Assembly (NCBI GenBank): GCA_000008885.1
Contig: BA000021.3
Coordinates: 510,001-542,000, forward strand
DNA: 32,000 nucleotides
DNA from: Wigglesworthia glossinidia endosymbiont of Glossina brevipalpis
Lineage (GTDB): Bacteria > Pseudomonadota > Gammaproteobacteria > Enterobacterales > Enterobacteriaceae
Direction of reading: 5' to 3'
Each line of letters begins with the position of its first letter. Position 1 is the first letter of the stretch. Of the stretch, positions 10,984 through 19,801 are shown in pieces. Under the pieces are notes generated by a model, which worked only from the letters and a program-made list of their open reading frames with translations, ran no database searches and was not told where the DNA came from. The position numbers were made by a program, and so were the translations under genes.

Positions 10984-11850
10984 TTATAATTTAATTTTTA
11001 TATTATCTACTAATCTAATACTTCCTATTTTTGCGCTACACAATATTACTGCTTGTTTACTGTTTTCATCTATTGGCATAAGATTCTTTGCATTTCTTAT
11101 AGAAAGAACTTCTACTTTGAATCCATAATTATTTAATTTAATTAGATAGTTTTTCAATATAGCATCATAGTCTTTTTTTAAATTATATAATTTATTTAAT
11201 TTTATTTTTTTCGATAGTTCTAATAATATATTATAAATCTTAGGAGCTTTTTTTCTTTCTTCCAAGCTTAAATGTCTGTTTCTCGAGCTTAAAGCTAATC
11301 CATCAAAACACCTTATTATAGGAGCGCTTAATATTTTGATATTATAATTCATGTGTAATACTAATTGACGAATCATTATTAATTGCTGAAAATCTTTTTG
11401 ACCAAAAATAGCTATATCTGGATTAATTAAATTAAATAATTTACTAATAATAGTTGCAACACCTATAAAATGATTTGACATAGTTTTTCCATCTAATATA
11501 GATGAGTATTGAACAACATTCACCAATGTATGATTTTTGTACCCAAATGGATACATACTTTTCAAAGTAGGACAAAATAATATATCAACTTTATATTCAA
11601 TTAATTTTTTAATATCTTCATTTAAAGTTTTAGGATAATTACGAAAATCTTTTGAATTAGAAAATTGTGCAGGATTAATAAATATACTTATTATTAATAT
11701 ATTAGATTTTAGTTTACCAATTTTTATTAACTCCAAATGACCTCTATGTAAATTTCCCATAGTAGGAATAAGAGCTATCTTTGATTTATTTTTTTTTTTT
11801 AAATTCTTAATAACACAAGTTAATTCTGAAGATTTTTTTATAATAAGCAT
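10984..11850 (-). CDS. panC: pantoate--beta-alanine ligase (pantothenate synthetase)
   Basis: The 288-aa ORF has PTMGNLHRGHLEL (a HIGH-like motif), FGQKDFQQ and LSSRN. It lies directly downstream of panB. Confidence 0.93.
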   Translation of the reverse strand: MLIIKKSSELTCVIKNLKKKNKSKIALIPTMGNLHRGHLELIKIGKLKSNILIISIFINPAQFSNSKDFRNYPKTLNEDIKKLIEYKVDILFCPTLKSMYPFGYKNHTLVNVVQYSSILDGKTMSNHFIGVATIISKLFNLINPDIAIFGQKDFQQLIMIRQLVLHMNYNIKILSAPIIRCFDGLALSSRNRHLSLEERKKAPKIYNILLELSKKIKLNKLYNLKKDYDAILKNYLIKLNNYGFKVEVLSIRNAKNLMPIDENSKQAVILCSAKIGSIRLVDNIKIKL

Positions 11851-11859
11851 AATTAATTT

Positions 11860-12657
11860 TTAATTAAAACTATGATTTTCACTTGGAAATAATTCATTTT
11901 CAACTTCTTCTATATATAATTCTATAGCTTTTTCTATTCCAAATTTATTTTTAGTAAAATTTTTTGAAAAAGATGGAATTTTGCCTTCTATAGTAATACC
12001 AAGAACATCTTGCATTACTAGTATTTGGCCGTCTGTTTTTTTACCAGACCCTATTCCTATTGTTGGAATATTTAATTTTTTAGTAATGTTGTTAGATAAT
12101 TTTTGTATAATACATTCTAAAACTAATAATTTTGCTCCTGATTCTTCTATAGAAATTGCTTCTTCCATTAGCCTAATTGCATCATTATTATTTCTTCCTT
12201 GTATTTTATATGATCCTTGCATGTTTATAGATTGAGGAGTTAATCCTATGTGTCCGCATACTGGTATAGATCTTGTATTAAGTTCATGAATAATATCTGA
12301 AACCCACAATCCTCCTTCTAATTTGACTATATTAGCTCCTGACTGAATTAATTTTTTGGAATTATTTAATGCATCATTTATATTATTATAGCTCATAAAA
12401 GGAAGATCAGAAATTATTAAACATGAAGGAGCTCCTCTTCTAACACATTTTGTATGATACATCATTTCATCTATTTTTACAGGAACTGTTGATGAATGAC
12501 CTTGAATCGTCATTCCTAATGAATCCCCTACTAAAATTGTTCTAATTCCTTTTTTAAAAAATAAATTTGCAAATGTTGCATCATAAGCAGTTATAGAAGC
12601 AAATTTTTTATTTTGTTCTTTTAATTTGTATAAATCATATATATTTGTTTTTTTCAT
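11860..12657 (-). CDS. panB: 3-methyl-2-oxobutanoate hydroxymethyltransferase
   Basis: The 265-aa ORF has ITAYD, LVGDSLGM, VKLEGG, CGHIGLTPQS and IGIGSG, which are typical KPHMT blocks. Confidence 0.93.
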   Translation of the reverse strand: MKKTNIYDLYKLKEQNKKFASITAYDATFANLFFKKGIRTILVGDSLGMTIQGHSSTVPVKIDEMMYHTKCVRRGAPSCLIISDLPFMSYNNINDALNNSKKLIQSGANIVKLEGGLWVSDIIHELNTRSIPVCGHIGLTPQSINMQGSYKIQGRNNNDAIRLMEEAISIEESGAKLLVLECIIQKLSNNITKKLNIPTIGIGSGKKTDGQILVMQDVLGITIEGKIPSFSKNFTKNKFGIEKAIELYIEEVENELFPSENHSFN

Positions 12658-12700
12658 AAAAATACAAATTTTATTTATTATTTAATAAATATATTATACT

Positions 12701-12747
12701 ATTTTAAAATAAATTTATATACATTAAATATTAATTTATTTTAAAAT
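12701..12747. repeat. inverted repeat, 15-bp arms and 17-nt spacer, between the rnpB 3' end and the panB start
   Basis: The arms are attttaaaataaatt (12701-12715) and aatttattttaaaat (12733-12747), which are exact reverse complements. Confidence 0.5.
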
Positions 12748-12803
12748 TTTTATTTTATTTATATTTAATTATATATATAAATTTATTTTTATTTAAATTT
12801 AAT

Positions 12804-13133
12804 AAATAAAGTTAGCTGTAAGCCGGGTTCTGTCTTGGACAATCATTTATCTAGATAAACATTCACATATTTATTCTTGCAGCCTACCAAAGCTTAAAGA
12901 CGAGCAATCAAGCTTTTATTTGGCCTTGCCCTAGATGGAGTTTACACTGCCAATTATGTTACCATAAATTGCGGTACGCTCTTATCGCACCTTTTCACCC
13001 TTACCAACAAAAGTGGCGGTTTTTTTTCTGTTGCACTAGTCGTAGGATCACTCCTCCCAGGAATTACCTGGCATCTTGCTCTTTAGGGCCCGGACTTTCC
13101 TCTGTATTAAACAGCGATTGTCTAGCTAACTTT
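12804..13133 (-). ncRNA. rnpB: RNase P RNA (type A M1 RNA), about 330 nt, shortened relative to E. coli
   Basis: The minus-strand reading is AAAGUUAGCUAGACAAUCGCUG...ACAGAGGAAAGUCCGGGCCC...GGUAAGGGUGAAAAGGUGCG...AGAUAAAUGAUUGUCCAAGACAGAACCCGGCUUACAGCUAACUUU. It aligns block by block with E. coli M1 RNA (GAAGCUGACCAGACAGUCGCC...GAGGAAAGUCCGGGCUC...ACAGAACCCGGCUUAUCGGUCAGUUUC). P1 pairing is AAAGUUAGCU with AGCUAACUUU. This is the only G+C-rich island in the window. Confidence 0.9.
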
Positions 13134-13184
13134 ATTTTTATACTTAAACATAAATTATTTAATAATAAATAAAAAATTAAATAT

Positions 13185-14030
13185 TTAATTTATAAAATAA
13201 TTATATAAAAAATTTTTTTTTATTTTAAATGTTTTTGATATTATAAGTAGTGCTTTTTTTTTGGAAGTGATTTTTATTAAAATATAAAATAAGTTTATTG
13301 CTTCTATTGGTATAGAAATAAATTTTTTTTCATTTCCCTGTATTATTAATACCCATTCGCCTTTTAAAACAATATCTTTATTTTTTATAAATAACAAAAT
13401 TTTTTCTAAAGTATTTCTATAAAAATATTCCCAAATTTTTGTTAGTTCTTTTGCAATTACTATTTTTCTTTTTTTTCCAAAAATTAATGATATAGCTTTT
13501 AAGCTAGACAATAATCTATTAGAAGATTCATACAATATTATAGTTCTACTTTCATTTGATAATGATATCAAAAAATTATTTCTTTTTGATTTTTTTTTAG
13601 GCAAAAATCCTTCGTAACAAAATTTATCAGAAGAAATTCCAGACGCTGATAAAGCTGTAATAAAAGCGCATGGTCCTGGCAAAGGAATTATTTTTATATT
13701 TTGTTCTATGCATTTACTTACTAATAAATATCCAGGATCATTTATAGTTGGAGTTCCTGCATTAGAAACTAAAGCAATTGAATATCCTTGTATTAATTTT
13801 TTTATTAATATTTCTGATTTATTTTTTTCATTAATTTTATTAAATGATGTTAACTTATTTTTTATAAAATAAAAATTTAACAAATTATTTGTATGAAAAA
13901 TATTTTCAGCAGCTATTGTATTAACTTTTTTTAAAACTGAAATTGCTCTATATGTTATATCATTTAAATTTCCAATTGGAGTAGGAACTATATATAAAGC
14001 AGGAAATATTTCTTTATTATTTTTATTCAT
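13185..14030 (-). CDS. rsmI: 16S rRNA (cytidine1402-2'-O)-methyltransferase
   Basis: The 281-aa ORF has LYIVPTPIGNLNDIT, SNAGTPTINDPGY, PLPGPCAFITALSASG and FCYEGFLP, which align with E. coli RsmI (YraL). Confidence 0.88.
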   Translation of the reverse strand: MNKNNKEIFPALYIVPTPIGNLNDITYRAISVLKKVNTIAAENIFHTNNLLNFYFIKNKLTSFNKINEKNKSEILIKKLIQGYSIALVSNAGTPTINDPGYLLVSKCIEQNIKIIPLPGPCAFITALSASGISSDKFCYEGFLPKKKSKRNNFLISLSNESRTIILYESSNRLLSSLKAISLIFGKKRKIVIAKELTKIWEYFYRNTLEKILLFIKNKDIVLKGEWVLIIQGNEKKFISIPIEAINLFYILIKITSKKKALLIISKTFKIKKNFLYNYFIN

Positions 14031-14159
14031 TAAGTTTTTTTAAAAATTTATATTTTTTTTAATTCAAATAAAATTTATTATAAGTTTTTAAAAAAACCAA
14101 AAAATACACATTTATATTATATAATATTATAACTTAAATACGTAATCATTTTTATTAAA

Positions 14160-14723
14160 ATGAATAAAATAATTTTTTCAATTATTACAAGTTTTATAGT
14201 TTTTATAAGTGGTTGTGTTAGCAGCACATTAATTTTATCATCACTTGCAATAAAAACATCTGCAGATCCTAGAAGCATAGGAACACAAATTGATAATTTT
14301 ACTTTAAAAGTAAAAATATATAAATCCATACTTCAAAATGATCTTATAAAAACAAAAGAGTCTAGAATTTCAGTAATACCTTATGAAAATAAGATTCTTA
14401 TTATTGGCCAAGTTCCAAATAATTATTTATTTAACCATGTGCAAAAAATAGTTCAATCTTTTGATTATGATAAAGAAATTTACAATGAAATTAGAATAAA
14501 AAACAAAATATCTTTTATGCAAAACATAAAAGATTCTTGGATTTCTTCTCAATCTTATTTTTATTTGATTAAATCAAAAAATATAAAAACAAAAAATTTA
14601 AAAATATTAACAGAAAATGGAGAAGTATTTTTATTAGGAAATGCATCTCAAAAAGAAATAAAAAATATTATAAAAATAATAAGTAATATTAAAGGAGTAA
14701 ATTGTATTATAAATATACTTTAA
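14160..14723 (+). CDS. dolP: outer-membrane lipoprotein with two BON domains (DolP/YraP)
   Basis: The 187-aa ORF has a signal peptide with lipobox ISGC. ADPRSIGTQIDNFTLKVKI and LTENGEVFLLGNASQKEIKNIIKIISNIKGV align with E. coli YraP ATDPRSVGTQVDDGTLEVRV and TTENGEVFLMGLVTEREA...VSGVKRV. It is divergent from rsmI. Confidence 0.85.
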   Translation: MNKIIFSIITSFIVFISGCVSSTLILSSLAIKTSADPRSIGTQIDNFTLKVKIYKSILQNDLIKTKESRISVIPYENKILIIGQVPNNYLFNHVQKIVQSFDYDKEIYNEIRIKNKISFMQNIKDSWISSQSYFYLIKSKNIKTKNLKILTENGEVFLLGNASQKEIKNIIKIISNIKGVNCIINIL

Positions 14724-14769
14724 TGAATATGAAATATAATATTTTATTAATATTCAATTAATAAATAAA

Positions 14770-16071
14770 TTAATTTTTAATATATAAAAAATTTTTATCA
14801 TCATTTAAAGACAAAGAAATTAATTTTATTAAAAACTTTAATTCGTAAGAAGATATTATATATGGTGGAATTAAATAAATTAATTTCCTAAAAGGTCTAA
14901 TCCATGCTCCATGTCTTACAAACCAATTTTGTATATTTTCTAAATTTACAAAAAATTTTGTTTCCACTACCCCAATAGCTCCAAGAATTCTTACATCCTT
15001 AACATACGAATGTTCTATTAGAGGATATAAATATTTACACATTTCTTGATAAATAAATTTAACTTGTTGTATCCATTTTCCTTCTTCAATTAAAGATAAA
15101 TTTGCACAAGAAGCTGCACAAGACAAAGGATTTGCCATGAAAGTAGGTCCATGCATAAATTCTGGAGTTTTTTTATTACAAATAGTTTCAGATACTTTTC
15201 TTTTTGTTATAGTAGCTGCTAATGTAATTGCTCCTCCTGTTAAAGCTTTTCCTATGCATAAAATATCTGGAGTAATTTTAGAATAATTACATGCAAATAG
15301 TTTTCCCGTTCTTCCAAATCCTGTAGCTATTTCATCTACTATTAGTAATATTTTATAAAATTTACATAATTTTTTAATAGAAATTAAATATTGTTTATGA
15401 TAAAAATTCATACCTCCAACGCCTTGTACAATTGGTTCAATAATTACTGCTGCTAATTTTTTGTGATGTTTTTCTATTAATTTAACTAAATTTAAATCAT
15501 CTCCTGATTCCCATTTTTCATTAAACTTACGATCAAAAGTATTAGTGAATTCTTGATTAGGTAAATATCCTTGATATATATTATGCATAGAGTTTTTTGG
15601 ATCACAAACTGATAATGCTCCAAAAGTATCTCCATGATAACCTCCTCTTAAAGACAAAAATTTAACTTTTTTTCTTTCATTTTTAGAAAACCAATAATGT
15701 AAAGCCATTTTTAATGCGACTTCTATCGAAACTGATCCAGAATCTGATAAAAAAACGCACTCTAATCCTTTAGGAGTTAATTTAATTATTTTTTTGCATA
15801 ATTTGATAGCTGGAGAATGAGTTATACCGCCAAACATAACATGAGAAACTTTTTTTATTTGATTAATAATTGCTTGATTGATCTTTGGATGATTGTATCC
15901 ATGAATTACCGTCCACCAAGATGACATTCCATCGATTAATTTTTTTCCATTTATAAGCTTTAATTTACATTTTTTTGCAGAAACAACATGATATGTTTTT
16001 AAAGGTTTTGTAATCGATGAATATGGATGCCATATATAATAACGATCAAAATTAACTTCATTAATGTTCAT
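14770..16071 (-). CDS. bioA: adenosylmethionine-8-amino-7-oxononanoate aminotransferase
   Basis: The 433-aa ORF has [56 protein letters not shown], the PLP-lysine context CIGKALTGG, and [17 protein letters not shown]. It is divergent from bioBFCD, as in E. coli. Confidence 0.95.
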
Positions 16072-16170
16072 ATAATATTCCTAATTAAATTTAAAATAAA
16101 TATATTTGACAATATAATATTATTATATAAACTTAATAATATCATATTTAAAATAATTCTAATAAATTTT

Positions 16171-17196
16171 ATGAAAAACAAATCAATTTGGAATTTAAAA
16201 AATACGAAAAAATTATTTTATAAACCTTTCTTTGACCTCATGTTTAAAGCTCAAAAAATACATAGAAAAAATTTTTCTTCAAATAAAATTCAAATAAGCA
16301 CATTATTGTCTATAAAAACTGGATTATGCCCAGAAGATTGTAAATATTGCTCTCAAAGCTCAAGATATAAAACTGGACTAGTAAGTGAAAAATTAATTAA
16401 AATAGAAAAAGTAATAAATGCTGCAAAAAAAGCTAAAAAATCAGGAGTAACTAGATTTTGCATGGGAGCTGCATGGAAAAATCCAAAAGATAAAGATATT
16501 CCACTATTAGAAGAAATGATTAAATCTGTTAAAAAACTTGGATTGGAAACTTGTATGACCCTTGGAATGTTAAATGATTATCAAGCAAATCGCTTGCATA
16601 ATGCAGGATTAGATTATTATAACCATAATTTAGATACATCTAAAGAATTTTATAAGAAAATTATAACTACTAGAAAATATGAAGATAGAATATCTACAAT
16701 ACAAAATGTTAGAAATGCAGGAATAAAAGTTTGCTCTGGAGGTATTTTAGGATTAGGAGAAAGTGATAAAGATAGAATAAAATTATTAATACAGTTAGCA
16801 AATTTACCTAAACCGCCAGAAAGCGTTCCTATTAATATGTTAGTAAGAATAAAAGGAACACCAATGGAAAAAAACAAAGATGTTGATGCATTTGATTTTA
16901 TTAGAATAATAGCATTAGCTAGAATAATGATGCCTAAATCTAGGATAAGATTATCAGCTGGAAGAGAAAATATGAACGAACAAACTCAAGCATTATGTTT
17001 TATGGCAGGAGTAAATTCAATATTTTATGGATGTAAATTATTAACAACTACTAATTCTTCTTCTAAAAGAGATGCGTTATTGTTTAAAAAATTAAATATG
17101 AAAATGGAAAAAATTAAAAACAAAGAAAAATATTTTAATAAAAAACAAAATTCTGATTTGTATGAAAATAAAAATTATTACAATGCAGTATGTTAA
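16171..17196 (+). CDS. bioB: biotin synthase (radical SAM)
   Basis: The [11 protein letters not shown] CxxxCxxC motif is present. Homology to BioB begins at MKNKSIWNL (ATG 16171). The 48-codon upstream extension in the ORF track (from 16027) overlaps the bioA start and is rejected. Confidence 0.95.
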
Positions 17197-18377
17197 ATAT
17201 GAAAAATATACTACAAAATAAAGTACAAAAAGATCTTTTAAACATTAAATCAAAAAATATATATAGAAAAAGAACACCTGTAAAAGATGGAAATAGCCGT
17301 TATATTTTTATAAATAATAAAAAATATTTAAATTTTTCTAGCAATAATTATCTTGGTCTGTCTTGTGACACTGATATAAAAAAATCTTGGTGTAATTTTA
17401 TTAATATTGAAGGAATGGGATCAGGAGGATCTGGTCATGTTATTGGATATAGTGAATTGCATAAAAAACTTGAAGTATGGCTTGCAAAATGGATGGGTTT
17501 TCCTAGAGCTTTGTTATTTTCTTCTGGATTTTTAGCAAACCAAGCAATTGTAAATGTATTAGGAAAATTATGTAATAATATTATAGTAGATAAATTTATT
17601 CATGCCTCAATCATAGAATCTGCAATTAACTCTAAAATGAAACTGCAAAGATTCAAACATAATGATATGACATCTTTGGAAAAATGTTTAATGAAAAAAA
17701 AACATAACGAGAGTTGTTTGATTTTTACAGAGGGAATATTTAGCATGGATGGAGATCAATGTAATTTGCAAAAAATATTAAATATTTCTAATAAATTTAA
17801 TGGTTATTTAGTTTTAGATGATGCTCATGGATTTGGCATTTTAGGAAGCGAAGGAAGAGGAACAATAAAAATAGAAAACGTTTATCCTGACTTATTAGTA
17901 ATTACTTTTAGTAAATCTGTAGGCATTAATGGAGCAGCTATTTTATGTCAGAAAGAAATAGCAGAATATTTTTTGCAATATTCTCGAAATTTAATATATA
18001 GTACATCTATGCCACCATCTCAAGCAGGAGCTATATTAACTGCAATAAAAAAAATAAAAAAATCTAATTTTTTAAGAAAACGTTTATTTAATAATATAAA
18101 AAAATTTAAAAAAAAAGCTAAAGAATTAAAATTTTATAAAAAATCTAACACAGCAATTCAACCTATAATTACTAATGACAATAGATTAACAATAAAATTT
18201 TTTAAAAAATTAGTTAATTTTGGAATTTGGGCTTGTCCAATTTTACCTCCGAGTGTTCCTGTAAAAAAATCTAGAATTAGAATTATTATTACTGCTATGC
18301 ATAATGAAAATGATATAGATATTTTATTACAATCTTTGTTTAAGATAGAAAAAATAAATGAACATGGAAGGCTATAA
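17190..18377 (+). CDS. bioF: 8-amino-7-oxononanoate synthase
   Basis: The 395-aa ORF has [51 protein letters not shown], the PLP-lysine context TFSKSVG, and YSTSMPP. ATG 17190 overlaps the bioB stop. ATG 17199 is an alternative start. Confidence 0.92.
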
Positions 18378-19119
18378 GAAAAAGATAGCATATAAATTTA
18401 ATAAAGCATCTAAAAATTATGATCAATATTCTAAATTTCAAAGAGAATGTGGGAATAACTTATGCAAGTTAACTGGATGCATAATACAAAGTAAGCTTTT
18501 AGACGCAGGATGCGGTACAGGTTTGTTTAGCCGTTATTGGAAATCTTTTAATAATCAAGTAATTGCATTGGATATTTCTTACGGGATGCTAGAACAAGCA
18601 AAAAGAAGAAATTCTGCTAATATTTATATATTAGGTGATATTGAAAATTCTCCTTTAATAGATAAAACAGTAGATATTATATTTAGCAATTTAGCAATAC
18701 AATGGTGTAATGATTTCTCTAGGGCATTATCCGAATTATATAGAATTTTACGTCCAGGAGGTTTTTTGGTTTTATCAACTTTAATTAAAGGTTCTTTGAT
18801 TGAATTAAAACAATCATCTAAAAATATTGATAATTGTTCTAATGTTAATTGTTTTCTTCCTATATCTTCTATTTATAACGCATTATCTCCATACAGATAT
18901 AAATTAATAAATAAAATAAAATCATTTTATTATTCTAGTGTTTTAGATTTGTTGAAAGATATTAAGGGTGTAGGATCTAGTTATTTATATGATCGTAATA
19001 ATTTAGGCTTAAGAAGCAAAAAATATTTAAATGATTTAGAAAAATTTTGGCCTTATCATAATAAAAAAGGATTTAAATTAAGCTATAATGTTGTTTACGG
19101 TATAATATATCGTGATTAA
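18358..19119 (+). CDS. bioC: malonyl-[acyl-carrier protein] O-methyltransferase
   Basis: The 253-aa ORF has the SAM motif LDAGCGTG, plus SNLAIQWC and LRPGGFL, aligned with E. coli BioC (LDAGCGPG, SNLAVQWC, VRPKGVV). Its start overlaps the bioF 3' end. Confidence 0.85.
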   Translation: MNMEGYKKKIAYKFNKASKNYDQYSKFQRECGNNLCKLTGCIIQSKLLDAGCGTGLFSRYWKSFNNQVIALDISYGMLEQAKRRNSANIYILGDIENSPLIDKTVDIIFSNLAIQWCNDFSRALSELYRILRPGGFLVLSTLIKGSLIELKQSSKNIDNCSNVNCFLPISSIYNALSPYRYKLINKIKSFYYSSVLDLLKDIKGVGSSYLYDRNNLGLRSKKYLNDLEKFWPYHNKKGFKLSYNVVYGIIYRD

Positions 19120-19795
19120 TCGTTATTTCATTACTGGAACTGATACAAATATAGGTAAAACAATATCTGTATGCGCATTGTTGCAATATTTAAATAAACT
19201 TGGAAATAAATCTGTAGGATGTAAACTGATTTCTTCAGGATGCAAAAAAATAAAAAATAAAATATTTAATGAAGATGTTGTTAATATTATGAAATATAAT
19301 AACATTAAATTTAAATATAAAGATATAAACCCATTTGCTTTTTTGGAAAAAACAGCTCCACATATTGCTAGTAAAAGAAAAAATATTTTCATAAATCACA
19401 TATTGCTTTCTAACAAATTGAATAAATTTTTAAATTATGATATCGATTATCTAATAATAGAAGGATTTGGAGGATGGAAGGTCCCTATAAATTCAAATTC
19501 AATGTATAGTGAATGGGTATCTAATGAAAAATTACCAATAATATTAGTTGTTGGAATTAAGTTAGGATGCATCAATCATGCTCTTCTAACCATAGAATCT
19601 ATAAAAAATTCAAATGCAATAATTCTTGGATGGATCGCAAATCATTTAGAAAAAGATTTAATTAATAAAAATGATTATTTTAAATATTTAAAAAAAGTTA
19701 TAAAATATCCGTTAATTGGTAAAATACCTTTCATAAAAAATAAAAAAAACTTTTCTAATTTACATAAATATATTTTTTTAAAAAAAGTTATTTAG
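19112..19795 (+). CDS. bioD: ATP-dependent dethiobiotin synthetase
   Basis: The 227-aa ORF starts at GTG and overlaps the bioC stop by 8 nt. RYFITGTDTNIGKT (P-loop), IEGFGGW and LPIILVVGIKLGCINHALLT match E. coli BioD. Confidence 0.92.
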   Translation: MINRYFITGTDTNIGKTISVCALLQYLNKLGNKSVGCKLISSGCKKIKNKIFNEDVVNIMKYNNIKFKYKDINPFAFLEKTAPHIASKRKNIFINHILLSNKLNKFLNYDIDYLIIEGFGGWKVPINSNSMYSEWVSNEKLPIILVVGIKLGCINHALLTIESIKNSNAIILGWIANHLEKDLINKNDYFKYLKKVIKYPLIGKIPFIKNKKNFSNLHKYIFLKKVI

Positions 19796-19801
19796 TTTAA
19801 A

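Noticed and set aside
12969-13172. 67-aa plus-strand ORF (MRYALIAPFHPYQQKWRFFFCCTSRR...)
   Set aside because: It lies entirely inside, and antisense to, the RNase P RNA gene. It exists only because that island is G+C-rich and stop-poor. It has no SD and no protein-like features.
16027-16170. 48-codon N-terminal extension of bioB in the ORF track ([15 protein letters not shown]...)
   Set aside because: It overlaps the bioA start codon and the divergent promoter spacer. It has no similarity to BioB, whose homology begins at MKNKSIWNL (ATG 16171).
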